A stretch of 56,096 bases of DNA, counting the filler, from Bipalium vagum (lineage: Eukaryota), in assembly GCA_037834085.1 (NCBI GenBank). It is 3 parts of 3 records of this genome, joined end to end, with 100 filler letters (N's around TTAATTAATTAA, not from the genome) between each part and the next. Parts side by side here need not be neighbours in the genome. Positions count along the whole stretch, not along the records: positions 35,602 to 56,096 come from JBBMKC010251987.1; 2 more parts are not named here. One strand, written 5' to 3'. The notes beneath the pieces were generated by a model. That model was not told the origin of the DNA and did no database searches. It saw only the letters and a program-made list of their open reading frames with translations. Positions 38,812-52,600 of the stretch are shown here, one piece after another (positions within the stretch are counted from its first letter, which is position 1; each line of letters begins with the position of its first letter). The position numbers were made by a program, and so were the translations under genes.

Positions 38812-40539
38812 ATTAGAAGATAGCACTAAATTATTCAGACGAATTCGACTACCAAGGCTGACGCATATTACTATAAATGTACAACATCAATCACAAATAT
38901 TCAGTTCATATTTTATGCTTTCAAGTAATTTATTTAGTTGTTATTATTTATATTATATTATTATTTCTTTTAATATCAAGCTTTATTTTTTGTAATTGGT
39001 AATTCTTCAGAGTTACACAATTACTTGAATAATTTACTGAAATATCAAACCCCCCCAGTTGGTAAATTTTAATAAAATTACACAACTATTTTAATTAATT
39101 ACCTTAAAAATAAATGTTAAAAATCAAGTAACTCTTTTTGTTTTTTCATTTCTGTCGCAGATTTTTTTTTTCGTAGTTCACACACTAATTAGGGTGGTGA
39201 AATAGATGGAGACAAGTTGTTGAAAATAATGGAAACTATATTTAGGATTAAAAAAATATCTTTGTTAAAAAAATTTTGGTTTTTATTTTTGTTTAAAATT
39301 TTTCAAGAACCTTACCTTCAACCTGATATTAATTCAGGCTAGATTATTGATTTTCATTAATCTTGAGTATTTATTTTGTTTTAATTAATTGTCTCGATTT
39401 TATTGAACTTTTTGTGTTTCATTTGTGAAATATGCACACATTTTATGGAATTGACATTTAACATCGGACACACTAAAAATGTTGAACATCACAAAAGAAT
39501 GAGAGTAGATACAATATTGCAAAATCCAAGGAAAACCTATGCATCTAGAATCAAAAATTGATGAAATGATTGTGCAACTCATGTCCGGCGGGTGTTATCC
39601 GGAAAAACGGGTCGGTTCGAATATATGTGATTTTAAGACGTATTAACACCAAACTATTTTCTTTCTAAGCCAGATATGCAGTTATTTTTGGTCAATTTAA
39701 CCAAATTCTCATCTATAGGTCTCGTTTAACAGGGCCTTCAGTGAGCAACCGTGAGCGCTCAGTTGATGGAATGGAAATTTAGGCCTAAGATTAATTTTAA
39801 GATTTTTTTTCCTTTTAAATTAAAATTATTATTAACTGTGTTTATTTGTTTGAATTAGCTCTTATTATTTGATAAACATTTTATTTCAGGACAACTTGAT
39901 ATTGCTGTTGTTATTCGCTTATGTTACTGTAATATAAATAAATTAGTTTTTCTGATTTTTTTCTTTCGCACCATCATGTTAAATGTGATACACTACATAT
40001 TAAACCATTTGATGAGAGATATTTCTGAAACTTAACTTTTTCAAAAATGAATTTTATAGGCCTAAAGAAAACATTTTGTCTAAAGTTCTCTAGAATGTCA
40101 CTCTCATTGTTGTAATATTACGTAAAAAGAGCTATTTTGCTCGACTCAAGGTAATTTTAATCTTTAATAAGCTGCTATTTTTTAATACAATCCATCAGCT
40201 GATTATAAAAAACAGAACTGATTAATTAACCAACTAGATGTTATTGACTTCTCCATAACGACATTTTGATCGTCGACTTCATAAATGACCTGCTGACATG
40301 AATTTAATTACTTAGTTGAAGGAGCACTTATACACAGATATTGAACGACAACTAAATTTTAACTATTAAAATCAAAAGAATTTTCAAAATTATGATTAAA
40401 TTTATCATTTTAAACAAAATTGGATTTAATTTAATATTTTACATTGGACAAAGTCTCAAAATTTTATTTTAAATTTACATTATATAAAATATCTCGATAA
40501 AAGTTTCAATGATCATTCTATGTTTGAGTCAGATTTTTT

Positions 40540-40802
40540 TCCAGTAAAATCCAATTAGATTGGGTGGACCAGAGCGAATCATTCAGATAGACGAATCCTT
40601 ATTTAGGTATTTTCTCTCATTTATTTTCTTGTTTTTAAGATACAAACCAAAAAATCATAAAGGCCGTGCTCCTGACCATGAGTTATTGGTTTTTAGCATG
40701 ATTGATGACTCCAAAAATAGAAATATATTTTTGCAGTTTGTAAAACACAGAAAATCTGCCACTTTATTACCAATTGTAAAAGCCATTGTAATCACATACT
40801 GA
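40540..40802 (+). mobile_element. Merlin (ISXO2/IS1595-like) transposase fragment containing a 33-nt GT-AG intron
   Basis: LGGPERIIQIDESLFR|YKPKNHKGRAPDHELLVFSMIDDS..SATLLPIV, with the intron at 40607-40639. Near-identical to 48190-48415. Confidence 0.88.
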
Positions 40803-42020
40803 ACTTTACAGACCACTAGGTAATGTCCTCATATCGGTGAATATTTTATGTTGGAATATTAAAAATAATTGACTGTCCTATCCCATATGTAATCCTTTAT
40901 AAGGTTAACTGAAATAATGTATATTTGACATAGAATCTCAGCTGAAGTCTAAGAGACATGCAACTTGGAAAGACATTCAAATTTTTAACATAAATCTGTG
41001 AAATTTTGTTGTTTTTAAATTTCAAGATTTTTTGTTAATTATGAAAGCCACTTGAAAAGTTTTCACTAACAATTTTAACAGTTTAACTTTTTTAAAAATT
41101 AATTATTAAAAATTAAAATAATTTTTTTGACTATTATTTTACAAATTTCAGAAAAAACTTTTTATGATATAAAAAACTAAATAAATAATAAACAAAATAA
41201 TAATAATAATAATAATAAATGTCAAAAATGGTCAAATTAAATTAAAATGTTTTATTAACATCAAAGAAAGGTAAATTATTTTAATAAAATTAATTAGATA
41301 AAGACAAACCCTTTCCGGTTAGATTTCATTCCAGAAGCAGTAGTCAATATATTCTTTTTGTACGAAAAATCTTGACGAACATTATATATTAGGTTGTAAA
41401 GAAATTAATAGCAGATTTTATGACCTCATTTTTGCTTTATGAATTTTTGTGTTATTAATATAAATTTGTTTATATCTTAAAGGAAATCTATTAAAAATTA
41501 AGTCAATTTTAAGGCATTTGAAAACGAGAAGGACGACATCCAAATTAGTACAATGTTCCTTTATGAATACAAAATCGGTGATAATGCTTCGCAACCGAAT
41601 CGAACGATCCGAAAAAATCAAAGCTCACAAAATTAAACAATGATATATCTGTTTGCTCTTTAAATATTCAAGAAAAAGATGGTTGTTAAACAAAATCATC
41701 CATCTCCATTAAAACATTTGAAGAAATTTGTTTGAAGAAAAAAATTACAGAAAAACAAATTTTCTGTGGATCACAATTTATAGAACAGTGAAACTTTTTT
41801 CTTTGATTTTTTATGAGTTCCCATTGCATGGAAAATTTCTGAGCAATCCGCAAGTGCTTAGCTTATAGGTCGGCGGAATTTAGTAAGACTTAATATTTTT
41901 TTCCTCAAACAGACTGTTAATATTTAATTAAAAGTTTTGTTAAAATAGTTTTTGTGATAGAAAAATACATATTTTGAAGATGTGTCTCAGGATTTTAGTA
42001 GCGATATAAATTTCATTACC

Positions 42021-42197
42021 ATGGCCCAACAACACCGTCTTGGCATTTTTGCAGCCAGATTGGTGCCAGAAATATTCAGGAAAGATGATGATCTAGATAA
42101 TTTTATTAAAGAATTTGAAAGGATATTATCTAGGACAACATTAGTGCTTGGATTTTTGGACCGAGAATTAAACTCTCGAATAAGTAAAAAAAGTTAG
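42021..42197 (+). mobile_element. Possible Gypsy gag N-terminal relic
   Basis: MAQQ..LVPEIFRKDDDLDNFIKEFER resembles the gag 'P..F....D...F...FE' motif. Confidence 0.4.
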
Positions 42198-42487
42198 TTG
42201 ATAAATTACTATCACACACATAGAATAAGAAGTGCTTGCTGGAACTTTGTGCTTACTTTTGCGAAACTCCCGCAATTATAATTATTTTGAATGTATTTTT
42301 TTAAAATAGAGACCACCTCACATATAGTAACTTACTAGATTAAGTCTTATACACTTGATTTTAAAAGTTTATCTAATTCTTAAATTAACGAAATTTTGTA
42401 ATCAATAATAAAAATCAGAGATGTGGATATATAAAAACGATTTGTTAAAATATTTATTTTTAGAGTGAAAGACAAAAATTCAAATTA

Positions 42488-42905
42488 TGTCAACAGCAGA
42501 ATTTAACTATAGAGGGCGCAAAAAGATTTGCCGTAATAAAAACAAAAATGAAGATAAATAAAACAACTGTAAAATCTTATTTCATTCTTTTATTTTCATT
42601 ATTGCTTATTTCATTTGTTTATAATCAATAAATCTTTAACAAATAGAGGTTAATTGACCTAGGAAAACATAAATTATTTCATTGTTACAATGATACGTTT
42701 TGGCCATTCTGCGCAGATGCCTATCGATCTTTGGTAAATGCATGGTGAGAAGAAAATATTGTCTAGGAGAGAAGAGTTAGACATATTGTTGCGGAATTCA
42801 GCGCATGCAGAATAAACTTCAAAATAACTAAAGACTAACATTAGTTCGATTAAAAAAATTGAAGTCTTTGTCAAATTTTGTGAGCCTGACAAATATCAAT
42901 AGAAG
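42488..42905 (+). mobile_element. Possible Ginger2/KRBA2-like integrase Zn-binding relic
   Basis: Terminus-like TGTCAACAG at 42488 and relic frame EELDILLRNSAHAE*..LKTNISSIKKIEVFVKFCEP. Confidence 0.3.
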
Positions 42906-43793
42906 GTCAATTTTAGTAATTCTCCATGACCATTTTGACCATTGTTTAACAAATTAATACTAAAAACTCTACCAAGTCTTTTATTAGAAGTTTTGTTCGT
43001 CACGGTTCAAATAATATATACCGCCCAGTCTTATGTTAAATTGAACTTAGATTATGTACATAAGTCGGTAGCGCACATGTAACTTCATAGGTCCAGTCAC
43101 TGGTGTACATACGCAGCACGTGGAAAGTTTTCACAACAAAATAAAACTACGGCTGAAAATGATAAAGGGCATCGATAACCACAAAAAGGATTTTTTACCA
43201 GAATTCATATGTCTGGATACCTGGAAGGAAGAAACATTTAGTAAAGCTCTACATTTATTTTGTGTCTTTATTTTAATCATGGAGTATCAAATTTAAATGA
43301 TTTTTTATGTAGTGTCAATTTAGGTGATGACATTATGTCGTGTAAGCATTATTTTTTGATTGTCGTAGTGTCACTTTAACATGATTCAAAGCAATAGACA
43401 ACATTCATATCAATGACAAATAAGAATTCTAATCACTGTGACATATTAAATATTTTTTTATTCCACCGTATTGTTGTTTTATTATATTACATATGCAAAC
43501 ATTTTTCCAAATGAAAGAGAAGCACTGTCATATTAATTTATTATTAAATAATAATATTAAAAAACAATTATTTTGGTTAATTAATTAAAAAAATGATTAT
43601 ATATATATATTAAATATTTATCATTTTGAAATTTTATCTTTATAAAATTTAATTATTTTTTCTGTTTGAAATTTAATTATTATATATTTTTTTTCTTTTC
43701 TTAAATTTAGTCAGTTTTTTAAATATAAATTTTGTTTTTGTTTAAAAATAGCTTAACATTTTTAATACTTTTAAAAATATTTTTATTGCAAAA

Positions 43794-44321
43794 ATGAACA
43801 TGTACCCGTAAATTTTTAATTATTAATAATTACTTATAATTTTTTAGACGATGAAAAGGAACTTCAATTAAGTCTTCAAAAGTTCATTGAGAAAAAAATC
43901 CTGAAATTTTGAAACACAACCAAGCATATACTGACTTGCAAACAAAGGTGGATATTTTACAAAAAGTAAATCAAAAATTAAGAAAGTAATATTTTTTTTT
44001 AATATTTTTATTTATTTTGTTTAGGAAATTAAAAATTAAAGACTATCTAATAGAAAAACGTAATATTTTTATTTTTTATAAATTTAATATTTTTTTAGTA
44101 CTGGCAGGTATTGCAGAATCTATTGCAACAAAATTGATAAAACCTTACTAAAACTATTCAAATTAAAAAATGCTCACGATAGACGCAGAGAAAATATGTA
44201 TAATGTTGCAATAGCAGATAGTGAAATAAACGACTATATGGACTCGGACTCTGAACTAATGGACACCGGAGGAGGAGCAGAAGGGGAAACATCAACTGCA
44301 ACATCAGCAGAAAATATTTGA
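43794..44321 (+). pseudogene. Small spliced coiled-coil/acidic-tail gene with frame disruptions
   Basis: Three AT-rich GT-AG introns (~43808-43848, ~43986-44024, ~44060-44098) separate blocks DEKELQLSLQKFIEK/LKHNQAYTDLQTKVDILQKVNQKLRK|KLKIKDYLIEK|../DSEINDYMDSDSELMDTGGGAEGETSTATSAENI*. At least two frameshifts are needed. Confidence 0.5.
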
Positions 44322-44549
44322 AACTTTTTTGAAAACTTTGAATTAACTTTGATTATGTTGTATTCAAAATAAAGAGGTTTTAAGCATTAAAAAAATTATT
44401 AAAAATAATTTTTATAAAATTAAAATAGATAATAATAATTGGTAAATAATTGATCAGGCCTATTTAACTGATCGCAACTTCTATATCTTTTTGGTTCTAT
44501 TCTATTTCTATCTTTTTATATATTAATATATCCCCATCATAACGTAATC

Positions 44550-46469
44550 ATTTTTTGTCTATGTTCTTAATAAAAGTATTTAAATCATAAAATTGATCTA
44601 TGGGACTTTCAAAGACCATTCGGACTCGTACAGGTAGTTAAGGTTTCTTTTACAAGATTGATCCACGTCTGTGAAAGGAAATCGATTGACAAGCTCGTTA
44701 CCTTGACCAGCCGACCAAATCCATTCAACACTTATCATCAATCAAAAAAATTAATCAGGCGTGCTAATCAATTTTATTTTATTTAATCCTTTTTTTTTAT
44801 CTCTTTTATTATATTTTATATATATATTATTATTATTATATTATTAATTATATATATATATATTTATTATTACCATGATTGTCCAAAAACAAGTAATCAA
44901 GGCAATAAAACATATGTTGAAGTAATTAAAAATTCAAAACCCCCAATTCCACCAATTAACCGAGAAAAACGAACTTCATAATTTCCAAGAATTTTAAATA
45001 AGAATTACAAAAATCAATATATTTTTAGATCAAACGAAAAATAGACATCCCGCAGATAGATATTGAAGAAAATTTGAGACTGAAACAGTAAAAGTTTATT
45101 TTGTTAATCACAACTATATTTTAACTTTGAAAATGGAAAGAGTTTTCAAAATTAGTATATTAGATTGATCATTTCAAACAAATGTAGATAAATGACTGTA
45201 GAGAGAGGACTGGAGTTAGCCTCACAATTATAATCGCTAATTAAAATAATACATTTAGATGTGCAGCCTTTAATAATTTAAGAAAGCCTTTTTTTAATTA
45301 CTGACACCGGGAAGGAATTGAACTTCAGCCTGAAATCCATCACTTCATTAATTTTAATTCTGTTAAATATATTTCTTAACACTTGTAATTTAAATGGTTA
45401 AATATTTTAAAAGAAAATGGGTAAAAACTGGTGAACTTTACAGGAGTAGAGGAAGTCACATCGGATTTAATTGGGGGGTATAAATCTCAAGGAGGTATTC
45501 GGATTAACAATGGTTAAAAAAATTCCTTTCACTCTTACCTGACAAATACCATTATATGCAAGCAATAAAAATCAATGGAAGCACAATGGAATCGTTAGTC
45601 ACTTGAGAATGAATAGTATCAATTCTGAATTAAAAAGTTATGCATAGAATGAAAATAATGGAAAAATTTACCATATCACATCGATCAGAACAAATATGTT
45701 TATTGTTCCTATGAATAAGGAAACAGATGTGTTATTAGGTTGCCCAGTATGAAATTTCACTTTTTTATCTAAATTACTACTAAAAATACGACAGTTCATA
45801 CTGGACAACCTAATATTTGAACCAAAATTAAAAGATGAAAAAGAAGAGAAACTAATATCTCGATAAAGTGTAGGAGTAGTGCGTAATTTTCAAATTACAG
45901 TTAGGATGGTAAATTTCGGCACAAAATGTGAATGAGGAAGACTTTGTAAAACATATAATGTGCAGGACATAATATCGGCATAGAAAATAGAACAAAATCT
46001 AACAATACAAAAAGTACGAGAAGCAGCGGAACGAAAAATATAAAACAGGTACAAGTTTATTCTAGGATTAGCAAATTATTATAGAAAATTCGTGGCCTCA
46101 TTTTCACACATTTCGGTACCATTAAATGCTTCATTAGGAAAGGCCAGAGTTTTGTTGACAAGAAAAATAACAGTACGTAACAAGAAAATCTGAAAGCCAC
46201 AAACAATGTTGTATTCTTCCGAATGTCACGCATGGAATCCAGGTACATATTTGGAATATTATTTCTATTAATAAAATAAACTAAGGGTGGGCAGACTTAT
46301 TTAAAGGAGTGTATGTATTTCTTTTGACCTCCTGTACCTCTCATGGGCCTCGACGTCTATATCAGCAAATAATTATTATCTTATATCATTTTATTTCTGA
46401 CTATCTTATGAATTATTACCTCTTCTCTGACTCTTTCGTCTCTACTACCTTCTTCTCTCTATTAATACA
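44550..46469 (+). mobile_element. Decayed Gypsy LTR retrotransposon (pol relics, possible PPT + 3' LTR)
   Basis: RT-RNaseH connection motif KQVQ/ILGLANYYRKFVASFSHISVPLN at ~46043-46135 and a protease-end-like MFIVPMNKETDVLLG at ~45697. Purine-rich AAAGGAGTGTA is followed by TGTATT...AATACA (46314-46469). Outer limits uncertain. Confidence 0.65.
45735..45813. mobile_element. 79-bp mariner-derived MITE
   Basis: TA|TTAGGTTGCCCAGTATGAA ... TTCATACTGGACAACCTAA|TA: 19-bp TIRs with one mismatch and a TA target duplication. Confidence 0.88.
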
Positions 46470-47359
46470 CACTTAAGAAATATCCCAATGAGCGGAGAAG
46501 GCAGGCAATCAAATTACCAGAAAGAAAACTAATACAAAGAACAAAATAGTACACGATGCACATTTTCCTCGAAAAATGATTTGTTTTTGAAATAAATTTT
46601 ATTCAACAAATGACTTCTTTTGATATTGCAGCTAACGATAATAATAATTCACTGGATCTATCAAATTAATTTGTGTACCGAAACTCGTTTGTGTGAATAC
46701 GCTAGAATATTTGCTAATTTTAATTATAAAACCAAAATTCGAACCAATTTGGTTCGATTACATGTTACTTTATTTACACAACTTATTGTGTAATACAGCT
46801 TGTATTTAAAAGTCAATAAAATCAATTTTAATAGTTTTTATAGGTCAATTTCCGTTATTTTATGGGTCAAGATATTAGATAAATTTTTTTAATCTTTAGG
46901 TCAATTTTTGGGGGCTTTACCGATAACATTCTAAATTATTACAGCTGTTCCTTTTATATTGCATCGAAAACTTTGGTTTTCTTCCTTCGATTTCCTTTCA
47001 TTCGTGATAAAGTAAATATATGAATACTACTGAAATTAACAATACCGAAAAATAATAAATAAAATACCAAATATATTGCAAATAAATATCAATGTTACAA
47101 CATTACATCGAAGATACATTGCAGATTCATGAAGTCACTCGTTAAAGAGAGCCCAGTGTGTTTGGAAATCCATAAGTGACCTGAAAAGTACATTTGGAAA
47201 ACCCTTGTCACTTCTGGCCAGGATTACCTTTTAATCTCTGCTTTTCTTTTCGTGATTTCTTTTCAATTATTATTCGTAACATTTATCATAAATTATTTTT
47301 GATTCATATGCATTTGTGTTTAACTTAACGATTGTTTCCGAGTTAATTTTCATATTAGG

Positions 47360-47530
47360 CCATAAAAACCAGAGAAAAGCACATCGAACCAATTTTGTGG
47401 ACCCCATAGCTCATACCCAAAATGTGGGAAGCATGTGCACGTGCTTCAAAATGAAGATCCAAAAGTCACATGGATTAAATACCTACAGCCAAGACAGATA
47501 TATCGATTATCTGTAGGAATTCTGCAGGGT
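47360..47530 (+). mobile_element. Merlin transposase C-terminal relic (second family)
   Basis: HRTNFVDPIAHTQNVGSMCTCFKMKIQKSHG..YL*EF matches the Merlin NH..NFVDP..HTQ.IES.W motif. Confidence 0.7.
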
Positions 47531-47769
47531 TTTTTTGTACAATAGTACCTATTTCATCACGAATTTTGCGACTATGGAAAGCCAGTATCGGAGTTACTGG
47601 GACAAAGGAACGATGGCTGATTACTGGTGGATGTGGATCATGTTTTTTTACCTTTTTAGGTATTATGTTTTTAATTATACCTTCCAATTAGATCAAATTT
47701 TTTTTACCTATAAATTATGTCATGTTTTTATTTGATATAAATAATCAATTTTATATCTTATTTGCATAA

Positions 47770-48765
47770 AATGGATTTGAAAGCAATTAATACGTTAGTT
47801 CTAGGTACCCCAGCTGATGCAATTTGCTTTTTAAGAGAAAATAATGTTATTATTATCAGGCATTCATAATATTATTTATTTATTTTCATTATTTTAATTT
47901 TTAGATACATGCGATGATTGTGACAATCAATTTAAGGAAAGCAAATGAAAAAGAAACACTGATTGTGTTTCATGGCGCTGTTTTAGTAAAAATTATACTA
48001 ATTATTTTTCTATCAGGATAAAATCATTTTTTGAAAAATTTAAGATTTCTCTGAACAAATGTATACATTTATGGGCTCTGGGCAGATCACAAAAGTCTGC
48101 CATTGAAGACACTGGACTATCAAAGTCGGTCATTGTTGATTTTTATTCACAAATGGGACAACAATGTGAGATTTTTTTCAGGGAAATTCAATTAGATTTG
48201 GTGGACCAGAGCGTATCATTCAGATATACGAATCCTTATTTAGGTATTTTAATATTTCTCTCATTTATTTTCTTATTTCTTTTTTTTTAAGATACAAACC
48301 AAAAAATCATAAAGGCCGTGCTCCTGACCATGAGTTATGGGTTTTTGGTATGATTGATGACTCCAAAAATGGAAATATATTTTTGCAGTTAGTAAAAAAC
48401 AGAAAATCTGCCACTGATTAGAATGATTCCATTATAATGAGTGACGAATGGCGAGCTTATTCGCAATTATCTAAGGACAAAAATTATATACATCAAATGG
48501 TGAACCATAAGATGTCCTTTGTCAACAGGGAGACCGGTACTCATACACAACGAATAGAGTCAATGTGGGGGAAACTGAAGAATAAGATAGTCGCAATGAA
48601 AAGTATATGGTGCTGTCCTCCATTCATACCTTTGTGAATGGATGTGAAAACAGAATATACAAAAGAATAAACAAGCACTTTTTCATTTATTAAAATGTAA
48701 CAAATATTTTCAGTTGCACCAAGTTTTTATTTTGACCTTCGAGTTGCATCAAGTCTTATTTGACC
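47770..48765 (+). mobile_element. Near-full-length decayed Merlin transposon with two introns
   Basis: MDLKAINTLVLG..|TCDDC..WRCFSKN..SIRIKSFFE..FGGPERIIQIYESLFR|YKPKNHKGRAPDHELWVFGMID..SIIMSDEWRAYSQL..VNHKMSFVNRETGTHTQRIESMWGKLK. Introns at ~47859-47905 and 48244-48291. Ends in repeated TTTGACC motifs. Confidence 0.9.
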
Positions 48766-48989
48766 AATAGGTAAAAAAAACATGATCCGTGGATGTTATA
48801 TGGCGATAATAAATCGAAATAATATAAACGTAATTACGGCAATAACTGATTTGCAAAAAAATTGTATTTTTACTCCTTGTCTATTCATATTGAAAGATAT
48901 TGAATTTTTAGTACATACCACACATTTACAATATCTCCCGAACTGTACGTGCTATAAACTTGGTAAATATTTTAGAATAAGCGTGTTAT

Positions 48990-49175
48990 TTCACATACCG
49001 TCGGTCAGATTTTAAAACCAAAAAAGTTTTATTCTTACATTATTTAACAGAGGATGAAACGGATAGACGAATTGAAATGTTTGAATGTTTTTCGGCTATA
49101 CTACAAAACTCAAGGAAAAGCTCCGTTTTAAAGAAAACTGTATTCTGTTTAACGATGAAGCTTCACTGAAGATGT
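48990..49175 (+). mobile_element. DD41D/rosa-like transposase relic
   Basis: TVGQILK..LHYLTEDETDRRIEMFE..CILFNDEAS. Confidence 0.6.
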
Positions 49176-49679
49176 TTTTTGGATAAAAATAAATCTTAAT
49201 TTTAATTACACGAAAAATATCCAACTATCATGTGTGCAGACTTTACGAACACTTTATAGATTTCACTCCTGTTTTAATCGAAGTGTTTACAACAATTGAG
49301 TAATTGATGAAAGTGACAATTTTATCATGAGTTTCCGATAATTGATAATATTCATTGTGCCTTTTCTAAAGTTTATAAATTTTGGGGTGCTTACCACACT
49401 TGATTCAAAATATGTCTATATGTATAGGATGGAAAACATATTATGCTGAAAAATGGTTCTGTGAAGCTAAAAATATGACCATGTATGATCAATCAATGTT
49501 CTACAGTCGTACAAAAATCGTAATAAAATATATCCACGAAATTCTATCATGAAATATGTAGTTGGGTCTGGAAGAAACCCAGTTTAGGAATTATTGTATC
49601 CTTAAGAAAGGAGAGTAGCAGATTACCAATAAAGATCTTTTTAGTATGGTAAATAAAGCAACTATCGATTTGTTCTAGA

Positions 49680-52600
49680 TCAAATTACATTCACCAAAAA
49701 TAATTTTTCAATTTCATAAAGTGATAATTTAAAATTGTCATAAACTTCGAAAAAACGATTCTTTGTTTTTTTCATGGTAAAATGCAACGTCACTGCCCAT
49801 AGGAAAATACTTGGTTCATTTATTTAAAAGGTTGATATAAATTATTCAATTAAAAACCGAAATGATGAAATAAATAGCTAAAATGTTTGAAAATCAATAA
49901 TAAAGATTAAAATAGATATTTTTCTATGAGAATGATAGTAGTCTTTATAAGATTATTTGCTTACATTCATAATTTTGAAAAATTGACCTACATTGTTCCG
50001 GAAATAAATTTCTTTCTGCACAAAATCAAGTTAGAAGGTTCAGCTACTTCTTCATCATCTTTATATTATTATTCTAAATCAATTTAATATTAGTAATATG
50101 AATTAGTTTTAAAACAAACTTTACTTTGGCTGAATAAAGACAAAGACGTTTCAATTCCGCTTTTAAACGGTAATATTAAAACAAATGTGTTTTTCTTTAA
50201 AATATTATTGAAAAAGTTTACATATCTATTCTATAAAAATAAAATCAAAACCAATTTTCAAAAGCGAGGCTTAATATTTTTTATTTTAGTAATTTTGCAA
50301 GAATATTTATAAAAATAAGTTAAACTTGAGTCTTACTAAAATATAAATAGAATTGTTTTTTTTCGATAGGCCACTAAATTTTAATGTGGTCTAAACATAA
50401 TTAAAATAACAAAATATAGATTGGCTTAATTTACAATTTGAAATTTTCATCCTTCGATTTGAAAAATATTTTCTATAACAATAAACAACTGATCACTTTA
50501 CATTCAATCTAGAAACATTAACTATTATTTATCTTTCGAAATAATTTATATAATTAGGAAAAAGTCACCTCAACGAGAAATAAACATAAATGGGGTTCAC
50601 TGCACGACATCGGACCACAAATGGAAAGCTCGACATGGTCATTCTATGACTTACATAAACATACTAAATATGCCAATATTATATGCTCTGTTGAATTATG
50701 AAGTATGTGAACAATAATTTCCCTAAGACTCGTAGAATATTTAAGAGGAGAAACTTAAATATTAAAGAAACTAATATATTACGAATGTAATACTTTTCCA
50801 ATTATTTTTTTTAAAATGTACATAGTATAGACTTCGATAAGTGCATAGAAACCATTAAGGGTCTATAAAAATATAATAATTATGATAATAATATTGTTAT
50901 TATTTTCCCTTATCGGAATATAAAACTTTAGCTCGAATTTCACTAAATCCTCAATTCTTTAATTTTGAGTTCGTTTTCCTTACACAGCTAGACGTTTAAA
51001 CTTTATTGAATCAAAATGATCACGATAAAAATTTATTTCGTTTCTCACCTCAAAATGAATCAAAATAATAAGAATAAAACTTTATTAAACTTAAAACAAT
51101 TTACAATAACACCGATTACATAGCCTCACAGTAAATTTCAGAAAATTAATTAGAGTAAAATATTAGTCAAATGTCTGACTGGAATAAATTACTGCTAATA
51201 ATTAAATCAAATTCCAAAAATCAAACGAAAGAATCAAATGGATCAAAATACTAAACAAATGAAAAACCATAAATAATACTCTCATATAGAGAGACAATTG
51301 ATCCTCGGGTCGCCCTTTAGGTCCTTTTCGGTATCCTAGGAATTCCTAACCTCAATAGACTAATAGTGAAATCTTGTTGCACAACTTTCTTCAAGCAAAA
51401 ATGTCTACGGATCAATTTAGATAAACGTCTTCTTTTTGATATACACTGGATCTTCTTCAGTTTGAAATAAATCTGCTATCCTGATAAAAATCGTCTGAAT
51501 AATAAAAAGAATAATAATATTTTCGCCCGTCAACTTATATATTCGTAGAGATGGGTGTGAGACCGTCAATAGTGAAATACGGCTATTTCCCATAATAGGC
51601 TTTTAAATCTGACTTTATTTCGGCTGCGAGATAATAATTATTATTATTTCGTTTTTCGATAAAGAGTACCGAGAAAGCTACTCACAGATCGAAGACGAGA
51701 ATTAATGAGCGAACGTCTAACGAAAATTAATAATTATTTTGGCATTTTGAAACTAAATACCACGCCCTAAATACACTTTAGCCATTATATTATTCTGATA
51801 CTTTAATAAGAAGCAAAATGATAGAGATATACACATTGGTTCATGTTTATTTGGTTACCGAAACTCAGTGCATTTGGAGACAGAATATCCTATGTTCTAC
51901 CTCATGTATCTATGTCATACAAATATTCCAATAAATTTAACATTTCAAAATCCAATTAGCCAATATATGCAAGAACCAGATTATGCTACTATAATAAAAG
52001 AACGTATGCAAGAATCATGGAGAAGAGCAGAATTAAATATAAAATATAATCAGGAAATAATGATAGAGTCGTATGATAAAAAATCCAAAATCCCACATTA
52101 ACTATTGGTGACAGAGTTATGGTAGAAAACCCTGCAAATAAAAACGTCAAACTCAAGGTTAGGCTGAATCTTCAAAGGACCTTATGTTATCGAAAAGATT
52201 TTCGATAATACTTTTTTTATCAAGAAACCACTGGAAATCAAAAAAGGATCCTGAATAAATTCTTATGAATAGATGTAAAACGATAGATTCTGTTTTTAAT
52301 TAACATTTTTGTTCAACATGTTAATAATTCATTTCAAAATTATGAAAAAAAAGGAGGAATCCCCAGTCAAATTGCTCCTCCCTAGAACTTATTAATCTGT
52401 TCGTTATTTCTGTCAATACATTTTTACTTTTTTCTTTCTATTTAATTAAATTTTTAATCAAAAGAAAGTGTTTAACTTGCAGAAATTGAAACCAATCTCC
52501 AATGATTGAATTAGTTACATATTAAATGACCGAATTATAGCAATTACATTATTGGACAAATGGTGTATTACAATTACTTTGTTTCACTGTTTATTGTTTT

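Noticed and set aside
39400-39760. piggyBac-like relic (IDEMIV)
   Set aside because: One short motif with no supporting flanking motifs or TTAA termini.
49675-49694. 20-nt ultra-short intron
   Set aside because: Simple termination at the nearby TGA or a 33-nt intron fits equally well, and there is no homology to decide.
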